From the NCBI RefSeq assembly GCF_001194135.2, contig NC_068991.1, forward strand, positions 29,923,195-29,959,393: a DNA stretch of 36,199 nt. The letters are read 5' to 3'. The DNA comes from Octopus bimaculoides (taxonomy: Eukaryota). Shown piece by piece: positions 33,881-36,199 of this stretch. Both the position numbers and the translations under genes were made by a program. Position 1 is the first letter of the stretch. The number at the start of each line of letters is the position of its first letter. The notes below the pieces were generated by a model, which was not told the DNA's origin, made no database searches, and saw only the letters and a program-made list of their open reading frames with translations.

Positions 33881-34147
33881 ACTGTGAAAAGTAAAAGGGG
33901 TGCAGACGACTTCCAGAAACATAGGGCAAAAATCACAGCAGAGTGTGATTCTAATGTTGCTGGGTCTATCCTTTGGACATTAAATAAATAAATGAATAAA
34001 CGAATGAATAAAGATAGCAGCTGTTGTCGAGGATTTCATGATGTGAAATTTGTAAGCTTTCTCGTTGTTTGGTGATATGCTAGTTCATAAAAACTGTATT
34101 AGAGAATTAAACAAATATAAATAATGTACTTCATCTGTCTTTTACAG

Positions 34148-34222
34148 CATTGTGATCTTGTGAAAAAGACAACCGTCATCTTTTCTTCTGGTTTCTGTGT
34201 GTTTGTATGCAAAGGGACAAGG
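34148..34222 (+). other. Candidate short exon (75 nt) in a chain with 34407-34428 and 34620-34637
   Basis: Acceptor TTCATCTGTCTTTTACAG and donor AAGG|GTAAGG; an upstream donor TTT|GTAAGC at 34052 gives a 96-nt intron. Confidence 0.4.
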
Positions 34223-34406
34223 GTAAGGAAACACTGTGTTGTACATTTGTTAAAGGATCTATCAGAATGAGTAGCGCAGTACATTAACAATGTAACTTAG
34301 CATTTCAGTTTTATGTTAATGAATACTGAATGCTACCGCTCTCGGACTTACAAATAAACACATTGTGAGAAAAGCAACATTATTAGTCAATTTTAATTTT
34401 CTTCAG

Positions 34407-34428
34407 TACATGAAGAACACAACCTCAG
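34407..34428 (+). other. Candidate micro-exon (22 nt)
   Basis: Acceptor TTTTAATTTTCTTCAG and donor CAG|GTATGT. Confidence 0.4.
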
Positions 34429-35024
34429 GTATGTTTCGATCTTATGATAACTTCGTCAGTGAGTCCTAGATCTCACCGTATTTTACAAAATAGTAATTTT
34501 TAAAGAATCTCACTATGGTAAAAAAAATAATAATAAGTGGCGAAAAATAACATGCTTCAAACAATATTGGCGATAAGTATCATAACATATATTATAGAGT
34601 AAGTGGATCTCTTCTCAAGCTTGCTGAAAGACACCAGGTAATACTATGCAATACCGTGCAGTATATTGTACCATGTATAGCGTAAACAGATCGGTTTTGA
34701 AGTTGGTTAATTTGCACACGGTGTGTTATAAATAGTATTGTTCTTTACTCGTCAAAATAGCTTGTTAAAGATTAAACATACTTTACTTTAGAATTATCTT
34801 AAATTCTACCTGTAGAAAAAATCATGTTTTTATTTTTCATCATTAATTTTCATCCTATAAATATTATACAAGGTACAGTACGATATATTTTAAGAATTTT
34901 AAGTGGATTAATAATATCAAACAGACCCTGCATTTGAAGTGTATTCGTTTGAGTTTGCTAAAAACAATTTAGCTCTACACTTTCATAGATCAGTTTATAT
35001 TTTAAATAAAAAAAATGTATAGAC

Positions 35025-35112
35025 GCAGGCGTGACTGTGTGGTAAGAAGCTTACTTCCCAACCACATGCTTCCGGGTCCGGCCCTACTTGTGAGTGGATT
35101 TGGTAGACGGTT
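35025..35112 (+). mobile_element. SINE family B, head with internal deletion
   Basis: CAGGCGTGACTGTGTGGTAAGAAGCTTACTTCCCAACCAC joined to TTGTGAGTGGATTTGGTAGACGG. Confidence 0.8.
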
Positions 35113-35263
35113 CGTATATATATATATATATNNNNNNNNNNNNNNNNNNNNNNNNNNNNNNNNNNNNNNNNNNNNNNNNNNNNNNNNNNNNNNNNNNNNN
35201 NNNNNNNNNNNNNNNNNNNNNNNNNNNNNNNNNNNNNNNNNNNNNNNNNNNNNNNNNNNNNNN

Positions 35264-36199
35264 GTGATCAAATGTTATATTTAATTGAAATTTAATCATC
35301 AATGTACTTTCCTTCATTATCTATGACTTCCTTCTATCTATTTACAAGCTTTTTAATTCCACCAATGTAAAACTCTTGGTTTCAAAGCGAAGAACTCTGA
35401 AATGTCAGTTTCGACGGCCTCCTTGGCTTGCGAAAGTTATGTCCCCAAATGATTCTGTAAACTACGAAACAAATGGTAGTCTGAAGGAGCAAGGTCAGGA
35501 GAATAAGGTGGATGGGGAATTTTTTCCCAATCAAGATCTTCGATCTCCTGTCATGTGATTTTTTTGCAGTTTAGGGTCACGCATTGTCCTGATGAAACAT
35601 CACTCTTTTTCGATTCAATAAAGTGGGTCTTTTTTTCTTCAAAGCTTGGTTCAAACGCTCTAATTGCTGACAGTAAACTTGAGTATTCATTATTGCATTA
35701 GGTGGTAACAATTCAAAGTGAATCGCTCCTTTGCAATCCTACCAGATATAGAGAAGAACCTTTTGTTCCCATGAAGTTCCCTTCTCGATTGTGGTTAAGC
35801 TTTTTCCCTTTTACCAAGCCATTGTTTACGACGTTTAACATTTCGATAGAAGATCCAATCCATTTTTCGTCACCAGTCACAAGTCTATCCAAAAAGGGTG
35901 AAATGAGTTCGTGAGAATGGAGAGAAGAGCAGATGTCATCTCGGGATTTGCGGTTGCTTTCGGACAATTCATGAGGCACCCAGTTTCCAAGTTGTTGAAG
36001 ATACCGATGAACAGTTGTATGGTTTGAACTAAGCTTTATTGCCAATTCTTCAACTGATAATGCAGGATTTTCTTCAAGTAATGCCTCAAGGAGCTTATCA
36101 TCAAACTCAACTGGACGTCCTGCTCGATCTTCATCTTCAAGGCTGAAATCTCCACATCTGAATTTTGCAAACCATCTTCTGCAATTTCTTTCATTCAAG
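35264..36199 (-). mobile_element. Degenerate mariner (DD34D-type) transposase running off the window end
   Basis: RRWFAKFRCGDFSLEDEDRAGRP, WVPHEL, LVTGDEKWI, FHQDNA, HPPYSPDLAPSDYHLF; several stops and frameshifts; stop codon at about 35292. Confidence 0.95.

Overview
AT-rich, repeat-dense eukaryotic genomic DNA with many N gaps, most abutting (TA)n or other microsatellites. The SINE/MITE repertoire resembles octopod cephalopod (Octopus-like) DNA; this is an inference from recognition, not a search result. Nearly all long entries in the ORF track are microsatellite or gap artefacts. Supported content: (i) at least five Penelope-like element (PLE) remnants, several carrying minimal hammerhead-ribozyme folds; (ii) a 1.8-kb ORF1/gag-only L1/Tx1-like element with a target-site duplication, nested in a Helitron/DINE-1-like non-autonomous element; (iii) Tc1/mariner remnants (DD34D, DD37D and an internally deleted copy with an intact DNA-binding ORF), an R4/Dong-like LINE fragment, a piggyBac-type MITE and many tRNA-derived SINEs; (iv) candidate host exons: two + strand exons ending a protein in ...ESNL*, one - strand 141-nt exon, and a chain of short + strand exons near 34.0-34.6 kb. 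No host gene could be named.
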